Origin: a virus
Lineage: Duplodnaviria > Heunggongvirae > Uroviricota > Caudoviricetes
IMG/VR virus record: IMGVR_UViG_2910903598_000005
Location: 133,058 to 158,629 of that record
Direction: 5' to 3' (one strand)
Length of the DNA stretch: 25,572 bases
The translations under genes were made by a program, and so were the position numbers. Shown here piece after piece: positions 7,866-16,237 of this stretch. Positions within the stretch are counted from its first letter, which is position 1. Each line of letters opens with the position of its first letter. The notes under the pieces are model-generated. The model was not told where the DNA came from, searched no databases, and saw only the letters and a list, made by a program, of their open reading frames with translations.

Positions 7866-10103
7866 TTGAAAGTAATTAAAAGAGATTGTACTGTTGTAGA
7901 TTTCGACAAGACCAAAATTTACACAGCGATTATGAAAGCAATGAAAAATGGATCTGGGTTAATTAAGGAAGATATTGCAAAACAAATTGCAAGAGAAATC
8001 GAAAATGATTGCAGTAAATTACCAGAAGAAATTGACATTTCTGCAATTGAAGCAATGGTATTTAAGAAACTTGTTGAGAAAGGGCAGGAATTAACTGCTA
8101 AAGCTTATGAAGGTTATCGCAGTGTTCGTGAGTTCCAGAGAGAGAATTATGACTCTATTGATAGCGAAGTTCTTGGACTTATCGAGGATTCCAATGAAGA
8201 AATTAAAGATGAAAATGCAAATAAAAATTCTGTACTAAATCCAACAAAAAGAGATTATATTGCTGGTATTGTTAGTGAGGATGCGACAGAACGCTATTTA
8301 CTTCCACCAGAAATTGTACAGGCACATAAGGAAGGTATTATTCATTTTCATGACAGAGATTATTTTTTACAGAAAATGCATAATTGTGGGTTGTTAAATA
8401 TTGAAGATATGCTTCAGAATGGAACTGTAATTAGCGAAGTTTTAATCGAAAAACCGCACTCATTTTCAACTGCTTGCAATATTACGACTCAAGGTATTGC
8501 ACAAGTAGCTAGTTCTCAGTATGGTGGACAGAGTATTTCTTTGGCACATTTAGCACCATTTGTAGATGTGAGTAGGAAGAAAATTAGATCTGAGGTTGAA
8601 TTAGAATGGGCGCATGTTGATATTCCATACAAAGAGCAGCATATTGAAAAAATTGTAGCGAATAGATTATATGAAGAAGTCAAAAAAGGTATACAAATTA
8701 TACAATATCAGCTGATCACGCTTATGACGACTAACGGACAATCTCCATTTATTTCCATTTTTATGTATCTGAATGAAGCCAAAACACCGCAAGAGAAAAA
8801 AGATTTGGCTTTATTGATTGAAGAGATGATTAGGCAAAGAGATGAAGGAGTTAAAAATGAAGATGGCGTATTTGTTGCACCAGCATTTCCAAAATTAATT
8901 TATGTTTTAGAAGATGATAATTGTAATGAGTCTACAGAATATTGGTATCTGACAAAATTAGCAGCCAAATGTTCTGCAAAAAGATTGGTTCCAGATTACA
9001 TCTCTGAAAAGGTTATGAAAGAGTTAAAAGGTGATGTTTATACTTGCATGGGGTGCAGGTCGTTCTTAACACCCGATCGTTTCACAGACAAAGGGATTGG
9101 CAATATTGCACACGCAAAAAATTATGATCCAAAGCAGCATAAATATTATGGTAGATTTAACCAAGGAGTCGTTACATTATCTCTTCCAGATATCGCATTG
9201 TCTTCTAAAAAGAATATGGATGAATTTTGGGCATTGTTTGATGAACGAACAGAATTATGTCATAAAGCACTTAAAGAAAGACATAAACGTCTCCTTGGAA
9301 CAAAGTCAGATGTAGCACCTGTTCTTTGGCAGTATGGGGCATATAGCAGACTGAAAAAGCACGAGGTAATTGATCCATTATTATTTGATGGATACTCAAC
9401 TATTTCATTAGGCTATGCAGGATTATATGAATGCGTCAAATATATGACTGGACATTCTCATTCAGATGGTGGAGTTGGTGAAAAATTTGGATTAGAAATC
9501 ATGAAACGAATGAATGACAAATGTGAGCAGTGGAAGAATGAAGAAAACATTGATTACAGTATTTACGGTACGCCTTTAGAGTCTACAACGTATAAATTTG
9601 CCAAGTGTTTAAAGAAACGATTTGGTAATGATGTCTTTAAAAAAATTGATGGCAAAGATAGAAATTACATTACAAACAGCTACCATATTCCTGTATTTGA
9701 AGAAATTGATGCTTTTGACAAACTGCGTATTGAAGCAAAATTCCAGAAACTCAGTCCAGGAGGGGCAATAAGTTATATTGAAACTCCTAATATGGAACAT
9801 AATGTGAGTGCTTTATTGGAAGTAATTAAATATATGTACGATCATATTATGTATGCAGAAATCAATACAAAGAGCTGCTATTGTGAAAAATGTGGATACT
9901 CTGGCGATATTCCATTAGTTGACGAAGATGGTATTTTGAAATGGAGATGTCCTCAGTGTGGAAATGAAGATGGTTCGACTATGGATATTGCATTCAGATG
10001 CTGTGGTTACATTGGGACTTCTAAGAATGGAGGCAATCAAGGAAGATATGGTGATATCCATGATCGAGTTTACCACTTAGATGATAAGGAGCTGAATAGA
10101 TGA
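7866..10103 (+). CDS. nrdD: Anaerobic (class III) ribonucleotide reductase with ATP cone
   Basis: N-terminal ATP cone (VIKRDC...FDKTKI), IHFHD, HNC, CMGCRSFL, GRFNQGVVTL, Zn site CEKC...CPQC and glycyl-radical RCCGYIG. Confidence 0.97.
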   Translation: MKVIKRDCTVVDFDKTKIYTAIMKAMKNGSGLIKEDIAKQIAREIENDCSKLPEEIDISAIEAMVFKKLVEKGQELTAKAYEGYRSVREFQRENYDSIDSEVLGLIEDSNEEIKDENANKNSVLNPTKRDYIAGIVSEDATERYLLPPEIVQAHKEGIIHFHDRDYFLQKMHNCGLLNIEDMLQNGTVISEVLIEKPHSFSTACNITTQGIAQVASSQYGGQSISLAHLAPFVDVSRKKIRSEVELEWAHVDIPYKEQHIEKIVANRLYEEVKKGIQIIQYQLITLMTTNGQSPFISIFMYLNEAKTPQEKKDLALLIEEMIRQRDEGVKNEDGVFVAPAFPKLIYVLEDDNCNESTEYWYLTKLAAKCSAKRLVPDYISEKVMKELKGDVYTCMGCRSFLTPDRFTDKGIGNIAHAKNYDPKQHKYYGRFNQGVVTLSLPDIALSSKKNMDEFWALFDERTELCHKALKERHKRLLGTKSDVAPVLWQYGAYSRLKKHEVIDPLLFDGYSTISLGYAGLYECVKYMTGHSHSDGGVGEKFGLEIMKRMNDKCEQWKNEENIDYSIYGTPLESTTYKFAKCLKKRFGNDVFKKIDGKDRNYITNSYHIPVFEEIDAFDKLRIEAKFQKLSPGGAISYIETPNMEHNVSALLEVIKYMYDHIMYAEINTKSCYCEKCGYSGDIPLVDEDGILKWRCPQCGNEDGSTMDIAFRCCGYIGTSKNGGNQGRYGDIHDRVYHLDDKELNR

Positions 10104-10693
10104 GATACGCTTCAATAAGAAAAATGGACATTAGCAACGGAGAAGGGCTTGGCGTAGCCCTCTTCGTTCAAGGATGCCACTTCCATTGTAAGAATTGTTT
10201 TAATAAAGAAACGTGGGATTTTAATGGTGGTAAAGAATTAACAACGTTGGATGTGCTGGAATTGTTACGCCCACTAACTAATCCGCAATATACAAGATTA
10301 AGTATTCTTGGTGGAGAACCGTTGGCAAAAGAGAATAGAGATGGTGTTTCTGCAATATGTAAATTTGTCAAAGAGTTTATGCCAGACAAAAAAATCTGGT
10401 TATATACAGGGAATAAAGCAGAAGATATTGGTTTGGACTTAGCTGAATATTCTCGCAGAAGTAGAACAAACCATCTTATGTACGATTGCCGACTTGAGAT
10501 TCTTCCTTATATAGATGTCCTTGTGGATGGACAGTATGTAGACGAATTGAAAGATATGTCTTACCCATGGGCTGGATCAACAAATCAAAGAGTAATTGAT
10601 GTACAAAAATCATTGGAGAAAAATGAGGTGGTCTTATGGAAAGGCACTTCGGATAATCTGTCCATGACAGAAGAACACGATGAAAATGAGTGA
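10100..10693 (+). CDS. nrdG: Anaerobic RNR activating radical-SAM enzyme
   Basis: GCHFHCKNC (CxxxCxxC), ILGGEP, DVLVDG and GSTNQRVID. Overlaps the nrdD stop. Confidence 0.95.
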   Translation: MRYASIRKMDISNGEGLGVALFVQGCHFHCKNCFNKETWDFNGGKELTTLDVLELLRPLTNPQYTRLSILGGEPLAKENRDGVSAICKFVKEFMPDKKIWLYTGNKAEDIGLDLAEYSRRSRTNHLMYDCRLEILPYIDVLVDGQYVDELKDMSYPWAGSTNQRVIDVQKSLEKNEVVLWKGTSDNLSMTEEHDENE

Positions 10694-10786
10694 AATAAAA
10701 CACTCTTGTCAAAATTATTAAAATAGACATAAGAAAATCGTTGAAATATAAGGGATTTTTCACATTAAATATAGCAATAAAATTCC

Positions 10787-10804
10787 ACTTTTATCCCACT
10801 ATAG
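10787..10804. promoter_or_regulatory. Palindromic motif A: ATAAAA-N6-TTTTAT (exact copy 1)
   Basis: ATAAAAttccacTTTTAT just upstream of the SD of the gene at 10822. Exact copies also at 15910 and 20858. Confidence 0.6.
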
Positions 10805-10821
10805 AAAGGAGTGTGCTAATT

Positions 10822-11187
10822 ATGCCAAAATCAAAAGATTGTCTACAGGATACGGACTTTCTGCAATATGTTCCTACAAAATTTCAGCAGAATCGTAAGA
10901 CAATGTTAAAGAAAAGAAATCGTAGGAAGAGTTATCATCAAAGGTTAGCGAGACTTAAAAATATCAGTGGGTATCCTGAACCTGTGCAATATGTAGACAA
11001 GTATTATTGTGAGTTCTATGAAATCCCATACAAGAAACCTTATTATAAAAGACTATATATCAGCGATTACAGTAGGAATTATAGATTTCATAAGAAACTG
11101 TCTAACAAGAAAGTTCGGAGAATATTGGACGTGCCAAGCAGAGGTGACTATAAGAAAGTACACGATCTATGGTGGGAGACAATTTAG
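10822..11187 (+). CDS. Basic (K/R/Y-rich) hypothetical phage protein
   Basis: SD AAAGGAG before ATG 10822, rather than the track start at 10741. C-terminal YKKVHDLWW. Confidence 0.7.
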   Translation: MPKSKDCLQDTDFLQYVPTKFQQNRKTMLKKRNRRKSYHQRLARLKNISGYPEPVQYVDKYYCEFYEIPYKKPYYKRLYISDYSRNYRFHKKLSNKKVRRILDVPSRGDYKKVHDLWWETI

Positions 11188-11199
11188 AAAGGAGAAGGT

Positions 11200-11529
11200 A
11201 TGACAAAAGAAGCATTAGATGATATAAGAGAAGTTATTGGTACACTAAGCGTTTGCGTGAGCTATAAAAGCATTAATAACATCACATCAATTCCAACTTA
11301 TGATTTATTACATCAAGTCAATATTTTAAAAAAAATTGTGCAGAAAAATATCGATCATGTAGTTGATGGTAGTCGATGCGTAGTTGTGGAAGAATCAAAT
11401 TCTGAAAAGTTTAAAAATTGCGTAGACAGTTACTTAAATAAAGGTTACAAAATTTCAGCATCCTCATGTAACAGCAAAACTTGGAAAGCAATTCTTGTAA
11501 AAGAAGATAAAGAACAGGAAAGTGAGTGA
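11200..11529 (+). CDS. Hypothetical protein
   Basis: AAAGGAG SD, 109 aa. Confidence 0.65.
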   Translation: MTKEALDDIREVIGTLSVCVSYKSINNITSIPTYDLLHQVNILKKIVQKNIDHVVDGSRCVVVEESNSEKFKNCVDSYLNKGYKISASSCNSKTWKAILVKEDKEQESE

Positions 11530-11537
11530 ATTGAATA

Positions 11538-11930
11538 ATGAGTAATATTCCATTAGTGTGTGACCATTGCGGTAAGGTATTTTTCGATTATCACGGTAGC
11601 AATTGGTGTGATTGTGGAGCTAAATGGTGTAGCGAAACATGTGCAGAATTAGATGGATATGAAAAAGAGAATTTTGGATCTAGCTGTAATTACTGTCGTG
11701 GTGATGATTTTGAAGACAGTGAATTGCTTGAATTTGTAGTTTCGGCACTTGGTGTTAGTAGAGAAGATCTTGTCGCTTTTTACAAAGAGTCTAAGGATCA
11801 ACTTAAAAAAGGGAATATTTGTAAATTTAACGGACGCATTAGTTTTAGTTCTTATACTCAAACAGGAGATACGGTTATTGCTGGCATCACGTTAAGACAT
11901 GCAACAAAGAAAAGAGATATTTATGAATAA
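11538..11930 (+). CDS. Cys-rich (putative Zn-binding) hypothetical protein
   Basis: CDHC...CDC...CSETC...CNYC. Confidence 0.65.
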   Translation: MSNIPLVCDHCGKVFFDYHGSNWCDCGAKWCSETCAELDGYEKENFGSSCNYCRGDDFEDSELLEFVVSALGVSREDLVAFYKESKDQLKKGNICKFNGRISFSSYTQTGDTVIAGITLRHATKKRDIYE

Positions 11931-12240
11931 CAGAGATTTACCAAAGAAAGATGATATTTACAAACACTTCAAAGGACATTTTTATAAAGTGATTGACCTT
12001 GCGACTCATACAGAAACAAATGAGAAACTGGTAATTTATCAGGCAATGTATGGAGATTTTAACATTTATGCCAGACCAGTAGAAATGTTTCTGAGTGAAG
12101 TTGATCACGAGAAATACCCTGATGTAGAACAGAAATACAGATTTAAGAGAGTAGGTGACAAGCCATGCAGAATCATTAGACCAGACGATATGGTAGTTGA
12201 CACCGAAGAACTTGGCATTCTAACATGCCATTATAAATAA
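11923..12240 (+). CDS. DUF1653 domain protein
   Basis: YKHFKG..YKV...[17 protein letters not shown]....YARP.EMF.SEVD..KYP...QKYRF. Confidence 0.85.
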   Translation: MNNRDLPKKDDIYKHFKGHFYKVIDLATHTETNEKLVIYQAMYGDFNIYARPVEMFLSEVDHEKYPDVEQKYRFKRVGDKPCRIIRPDDMVVDTEELGILTCHYK

Positions 12241-12460
12241 TAATGTAACATTTCTAGTTACATTTCTGATGACTATTCGAGGAGAAATATCTATAGATTA
12301 GACATGTCTTATTTCTTCCATATGATGACTTTAAAATTTTGTTTTTATCTACGTTTCAATTTCTGTAGGTAAAACAATACAAAAACAAATACATAAGAAA
12401 GGTTTTATCAAGTAATCCTAGGTAAAACGCAGTGCGCTGCCTTGTAAATACAAGGTTCAA

Positions 12461-14005
12461 ATGACAGAAAATAAAAACAAAACTTCAAGAAATAAAACAT
12501 GGAAATTAGTAAATTTTTGCGAGTTTGATAAATTTGCTATCAAATCTTATTGTACAGTACATAACGTAGATGAATCGCTAAATCTTGGTGATATTACAAA
12601 AGTGGATGAAACAAAACTCAAACCATTTAATATGATTTGTGGAGGATCACCGTGCCAGGACTTTAGTATTGCAGGGAAAGGAAAAGGTTCGGTTTGGACT
12701 TGCAAACACTGTGGACATACTTATAACCCATTAACAGTCCATTGGTCTGAACGTGATGCGTGTCCAGAATGTGGCTCAAAAGATATTGAAAAGACAAGAT
12801 CCTCTTTATTGGTTGAATACTTAAGAGTTATTCGTGCCAATAAGCCAAACTTTGGTATTTATGAAAATGTAAAAAATATTGTAGGTAAAAAATTTAAAGA
12901 TACAACATTTAAATTATTTACACAGGAACTTGAAGAATATGGATATAACGTATATTGGCAAGTGCTTAACGCAAAACATTATGGTATTCCACAAAATAGA
13001 GAAAGAGTGTATCTAATCTTTATTAAGAATGAATTAGATAATGGAAAGTTTAAATATCCAGAACCATTTGATAATGGTGTTCGATTAAAAGATATTTTAG
13101 ATGACGAAGTGGATGAAAAATTCTATATCTCCAAAGATAAAGTGCAAAGATTTTTAACAAATCTTAATAATAAAGATGCTTTATTATATGATGCATGTCA
13201 GGTAAAAAGAGAAGGAAAATCAAGAGAATATAATAATTTTTGTCCTACGTTAACGTCCAGAGATTATAAAGATCCACGTCTTGTTAATGACAACATTGTA
13301 AAACAAATTGGCTCAATTTCAAAATGTGAAGGTAATTGGAATAACCCTCAAGTTGGGAGAATTTACAGCACAGATGGATGTAGCCCAACATTAAATACTT
13401 GTGGTGGCGGTAGCCATGAACCAAAGATTGTGCAGCTAGGAAATGTTAATCCATCTGGCAATGGTATGAATGGAAATGTATATGACAATGACGGGATTAG
13501 TCCAACGGTCACGACAAATAAAGGCGAAGGGTTAAAAGTAGCAATTAAACAGGCAACTAAGAAAGGCTATACGGAGTGTGAAGTTGGTGGCGTTGCAGAT
13601 CTTTCATATCCAAACTCCAAATCCAGAAGAGGCAGAGTTCAAGAAGATGGCAAAATTTGTCCGACTTTGACTGCAACCGAGACAGGAGTGTGCAGAATTG
13701 AATCAGATATTAGAATCCGAAAATTAACACCAAAAGAATGTTGGAGATTGATGGGATTTGATGATAAATCATTCAAGGCTGCTGAACAGGTAAATAGCAA
13801 CAGTCAGTTATATAAACAGGCAGGGAATTCAATTGTTGTAGATGTTTTATATTACATATTTGTTGAATTATACAAAGCAATGCCATATCTATTTGACAAT
13901 CTTAAGTTAAGCAGTTTCTTTTCTGGCATTGGAGCATTTGAGGTGGCATTAGATCGATTATATCAGGGAATTAATGAAGGAAATTTTATCAAAGGAGAAG
14001 AGTAG
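12461..14005 (+). CDS. DNA (cytosine-5)-methyltransferase, circularly permuted, multi-TRD
   Basis: Motif order II (CEFD, aa 20-23), III (GDI), IV (GGSPCQ, aa 61-66), VI (ENV), VIII (PQNRERVY), variable region, IX (RKLTPKECWRLMGF), X (KQAGNS), then I (FFSGIG, aa 486-491). Confidence 0.93.
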   Translation: MTENKNKTSRNKTWKLVNFCEFDKFAIKSYCTVHNVDESLNLGDITKVDETKLKPFNMICGGSPCQDFSIAGKGKGSVWTCKHCGHTYNPLTVHWSERDACPECGSKDIEKTRSSLLVEYLRVIRANKPNFGIYENVKNIVGKKFKDTTFKLFTQELEEYGYNVYWQVLNAKHYGIPQNRERVYLIFIKNELDNGKFKYPEPFDNGVRLKDILDDEVDEKFYISKDKVQRFLTNLNNKDALLYDACQVKREGKSREYNNFCPTLTSRDYKDPRLVNDNIVKQIGSISKCEGNWNNPQVGRIYSTDGCSPTLNTCGGGSHEPKIVQLGNVNPSGNGMNGNVYDNDGISPTVTTNKGEGLKVAIKQATKKGYTECEVGGVADLSYPNSKSRRGRVQEDGKICPTLTATETGVCRIESDIRIRKLTPKECWRLMGFDDKSFKAAEQVNSNSQLYKQAGNSIVVDVLYYIFVELYKAMPYLFDNLKLSSFFSGIGAFEVALDRLYQGINEGNFIKGEE

Positions 14006-14015
14006 CTTCTTCTCC
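13981..14015 (+). other. Predicted -1 programmed ribosomal frameshift signal
   Basis: In-frame slippery heptamer A_AAT_TTT (13981-13987), 6-nt spacer, hairpin GGAGAAGA-gtagct-TCTTCTCC (13994-14015), and upstream SD-like AGGGA (13965-13969). Confidence 0.7.
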
Positions 14016-14229
14016 AGAAATTAGTTTATTTCCATGCGTTTTAAAATATCAGAGAACCGAATATGCAAAAAAAATTCGAAAGAAATATGAGGCTGGATTG
14101 ATTCAAGAACGTATGTGCAATATGAGAGAATATGCGTTTAGAACAGACGGTATATCAAATACGCTAACGACGGTTTCAAAAGATAATTACATTTGTGAAT
14201 ACGAGGAGGAATATGAGCGAAAAGAATAG
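13987..14229 (+). CDS. -1 frame extension of the methyltransferase (80 aa, TRD-like module)
   Basis: YQRRRVASSPEISLFPCVLKYQRTEYAKKIRKKYEAGLIQERMCNMREYAFRTDGISNTLTTVSKDNYICEYEEEYERKE*. The frame is open from 13978 and has no SD-linked start of its own. Confidence 0.65.
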   Translation, partial: YQRRRVASSPEISLFPCVLKYQRTEYAKKIRKKYEAGLIQERMCNMREYAFRTDGISNTLTTVSKDNYICEYEEEYERKE

Positions 14230-14515
14230 ATATTTAGACAATTTATATTCACAGTGTCAAAGTTGTGCTAATAGGTATACTTCTTTTGAGTGTGCTTTAT
14301 GCGAAGACTTTGACATGTACAAAGAGGAATATAAAGAAGACAAAGAAGTAAAAGAACCAAATACAATTACGATCATTAAATTTGACGACTGGCAATCTAT
14401 TGAAGTCAATGGGACTAAAATAGAAAACCATAAATTAGATGTTGATGATTTTACAGATGTTTTAAAGGAATTAGGGTTCAAAGTCAACGTAGTATGGGAG
14501 GATTCAGATGTTTAA
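14213..14515 (+). CDS. Hypothetical protein with N-terminal CxxC...CxxC
   Basis: GAGGAGG SD before ATG 14213. CQSC...CALC. Confidence 0.7.
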   Translation: MSEKNRYLDNLYSQCQSCANRYTSFECALCEDFDMYKEEYKEDKEVKEPNTITIIKFDDWQSIEVNGTKIENHKLDVDDFTDVLKELGFKVNVVWEDSDV

Positions 14516-14708
14516 GATACAAGAAATTGGCAGGTCTCCAACACCTAAGAAACCAATCACTGTATATGCAGTTCGTGAAGATAAAGATAGTGACAGTTGT
14601 TGTGATTTTGAGACAGTTGAATTCCTCATATACAAAGACGATAACTGGGTTTGGGTAAGCGGCTTGTGTTATGAACCATATGGATTAAATGGATCATGTG
14701 AAATATAA
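14508..14708 (+). CDS. Small hypothetical protein
   Basis: GGGAGG SD, overlaps the upstream stop. Confidence 0.7.
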   Translation: MFKIQEIGRSPTPKKPITVYAVREDKDSDSCCDFETVEFLIYKDDNWVWVSGLCYEPYGLNGSCEI

Positions 14709-14720
14709 AAGGAGAGTTAA

Positions 14721-15131
14721 TTGTTTCAGAAATTAAAAGAGAAAATTAGAATATGGTTGTTAGAAATCCTGCAACCAGATATTGATGCCTTAAAAAATGA
14801 AATTAATGAAAGTAACACTACATTAAGATTTGCCACAAACAACTGCAATGAGGCGGCTCGTCAGTGTCAGATTTCAACAAAGCAGAATGAAGAAATGAAG
14901 AAGATGTACAACGAAATTACTGACGTAGCAGTTGACGTTGGGTTTCATGATTCAGAGCGTTCGTGGGCAGTCGTATGTATTGCTGGGAGACCTGAATATG
15001 TAAAATTTATTCCTTTAAGCGGTGCAGATGCTAGAACTGTTATGAATTTTTTAAGACAATTTCAGTATTCACGGACCATTGTTGATAGTCCTCTAAGATT
15101 CAAAGATGTGCTTCAGAGATATTTTATATAG
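14721..15131 (+). CDS. Hypothetical protein with coiled-coil N-half
   Basis: AAGGAG SD and TTG start. Confidence 0.7.
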   Translation: MFQKLKEKIRIWLLEILQPDIDALKNEINESNTTLRFATNNCNEAARQCQISTKQNEEMKKMYNEITDVAVDVGFHDSERSWAVVCIAGRPEYVKFIPLSGADARTVMNFLRQFQYSRTIVDSPLRFKDVLQRYFI

Positions 15132-15144
15132 AAGGAGATTAGCT

Positions 15145-15492
15145 ATGACAAATAAACAAACAACACTGATTATTAAAGATAGAGCAACAGGCAAAACTAC
15201 ACAATTACTCTATACGAGTGCTACAACACAGTATCCGATTATTGTGCAGAATCATTCACAGGTCAAGCTATTATTAGACAAAGCAAACGATCTTGACTTA
15301 ATTATTCCAGTGCCTATGACTGTAGAAGAATGTAAGAACAAGTATGGAATGAATTATGATCATGTTCTTATTGATGAAGGATACAATTTAATTGGCGAAG
15401 CTCTTGATGCTTATATGGGAACGCATGTGGTGGCAGTAACTTTGACTGATAGAGTAAAAGAATTTGCAGACAAGAAAGTGGTGAGATTGTAA
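15145..15492 (+). CDS. Minimal stand-alone P-loop NTPase-like protein (115 aa)
   Basis: Walker A-like DRATGKTT and Walker B-like HVLIDE. AAGGAG SD before ATG 15145. Confidence 0.65.
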   Translation: MTNKQTTLIIKDRATGKTTQLLYTSATTQYPIIVQNHSQVKLLLDKANDLDLIIPVPMTVEECKNKYGMNYDHVLIDEGYNLIGEALDAYMGTHVVAVTLTDRVKEFADKKVVRL

Positions 15493-15668
15493 TGGAAGAG
15501 CCAAATTATATAACAGTTGGACAGCTTAAAAAAGAGTTAGCAAAACACCCAGATCATATGCCAGTTGTTGGCATAGATAATGAATTTATTACTACGACAG
15601 AACATGACACTATTGCACTTGAGAATGGTGTAGGATTATACGAATTTGGAGTTGTGAGAATTTGTTAA
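15492..15668 (+). CDS. Small hypothetical protein (58 aa, MEEPNYITVGQLKKEL...), not in ORF track
   Basis: TA(A)TG coupling to the upstream gene. Shares TV..LK..L.K.PD.M.VV with the next gene. Confidence 0.65.
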   Translation: MEEPNYITVGQLKKELAKHPDHMPVVGIDNEFITTTEHDTIALENGVGLYEFGVVRIC

Positions 15669-15677
15669 GGAGGATTT

Positions 15678-15905
15678 ATGGCAGATAAAAAATTAACAGC
15701 TAAAGATATGAGTATGATTTTTGAGGAAACATGTTTAACTGTAAAAGATGTAAAAAAATTATTAGAAAAACTTCCAGACGATATGATTGTTGTGAATGAT
15801 GAATCAAATTATTACAGACCAATTGGAGATATCAACATTGAAACAATTGATTATTGCACCGAAGGCGGAAAGATCGTCTCAGGAAAAGTAGTTGGAATTT
15901 ACTAA
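15678..15905 (+). CDS. Small hypothetical protein
   Basis: AAGGAGG SD. LTVKDVKKLLEKLPDDMIVV. Confidence 0.7.
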   Translation: MADKKLTAKDMSMIFEETCLTVKDVKKLLEKLPDDMIVVNDESNYYRPIGDINIETIDYCTEGGKIVSGKVVGIY

Positions 15906-15909
15906 TTAC

Positions 15910-15927
15910 ATAAAAGAAATATTTTAT
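15910..15927. promoter_or_regulatory. Palindromic motif A (exact copy 2)
   Basis: ATAAAAgaaataTTTTAT, 5 nt after a stop codon. Confidence 0.6.
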
Positions 15928-15982
15928 CGCAAAATTGACCGTCAAAAAACCCTTATTTTACAAGGGTTTCGGTCGATGCGAT
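15926..15982. repeat. Long imperfect inverted repeat centred on motif B (AAACCCTT-N7-AAGGGTTT)
   Basis: ATCGCA...GACCG...AAACCCTT attttac AAGGGTTT CGGTC...TGCGAT. Confidence 0.7.
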
Positions 15983-16030
15983 TTTAGGAAATTTTAGAAC
16001 AATGAAGAAAATCAAGGGAATGAGGTCAAG

Positions 16031-16237
16031 ATGATTGAAATTTTAGAAAGAGGAACACGAAAACAATGCACTTGCGAAAATTGTGGTGCAGAGTTGAGTT
16101 ATGAGAAAGATGATATTAAAGATAAACCAAAGCGTACGATTGATTTCAGAACTCTCAAACCAGTGTACCCACCAAACTATATTATCTGCCCACAGTGCAA
16201 ACATCCAATCGAAGTCGAGGTAGAGAAAGATGATTAA
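16031..16237 (+). CDS. Zn-ribbon small protein
   Basis: CENC...CPQC. Confidence 0.7.
   Translation: MIEILERGTRKQCTCENCGAELSYEKDDIKDKPKRTIDFRTLKPVYPPNYIICPQCKHPIEVEVEKDD

Noticed and set aside
7866-10103. Intein or intron in nrdD (or ligA), common in SPbeta-like phages
   Set aside because: Both ORFs are continuous and of normal length, with no intein splice motifs or homing endonuclease.
12405-12412. TTATCAAG resembling the start of a SAM-I riboswitch upstream of a SAM-dependent enzyme
   Set aside because: The downstream SAM-I elements (GAG...GGAGGGA, GCAACC, GGTGC, GAT) are absent.
12454-12462. GGTTCAAAT resembling a tRNA T-loop
   Set aside because: No 3' T-stem partner and no cloverleaf. 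I found no tRNA gene in the window.
12403-13992. 9-bp direct repeat TTTTATCAA flanking the MTase (12403-12411 and 13984-13992), as a possible circularisation site restoring motif order
   Set aside because: It is short and AT-rich. Joining the repeats hits stop codons in both the 0 frame (ATC AAG TAA) and the -1 frame before reaching motif II.
14003-14044. Readthrough of the MTase UAG located in the hairpin loop
   Set aside because: The 0 frame ends at TAA 14042 after 12 codons. The meaningful extension is in the -1 frame.
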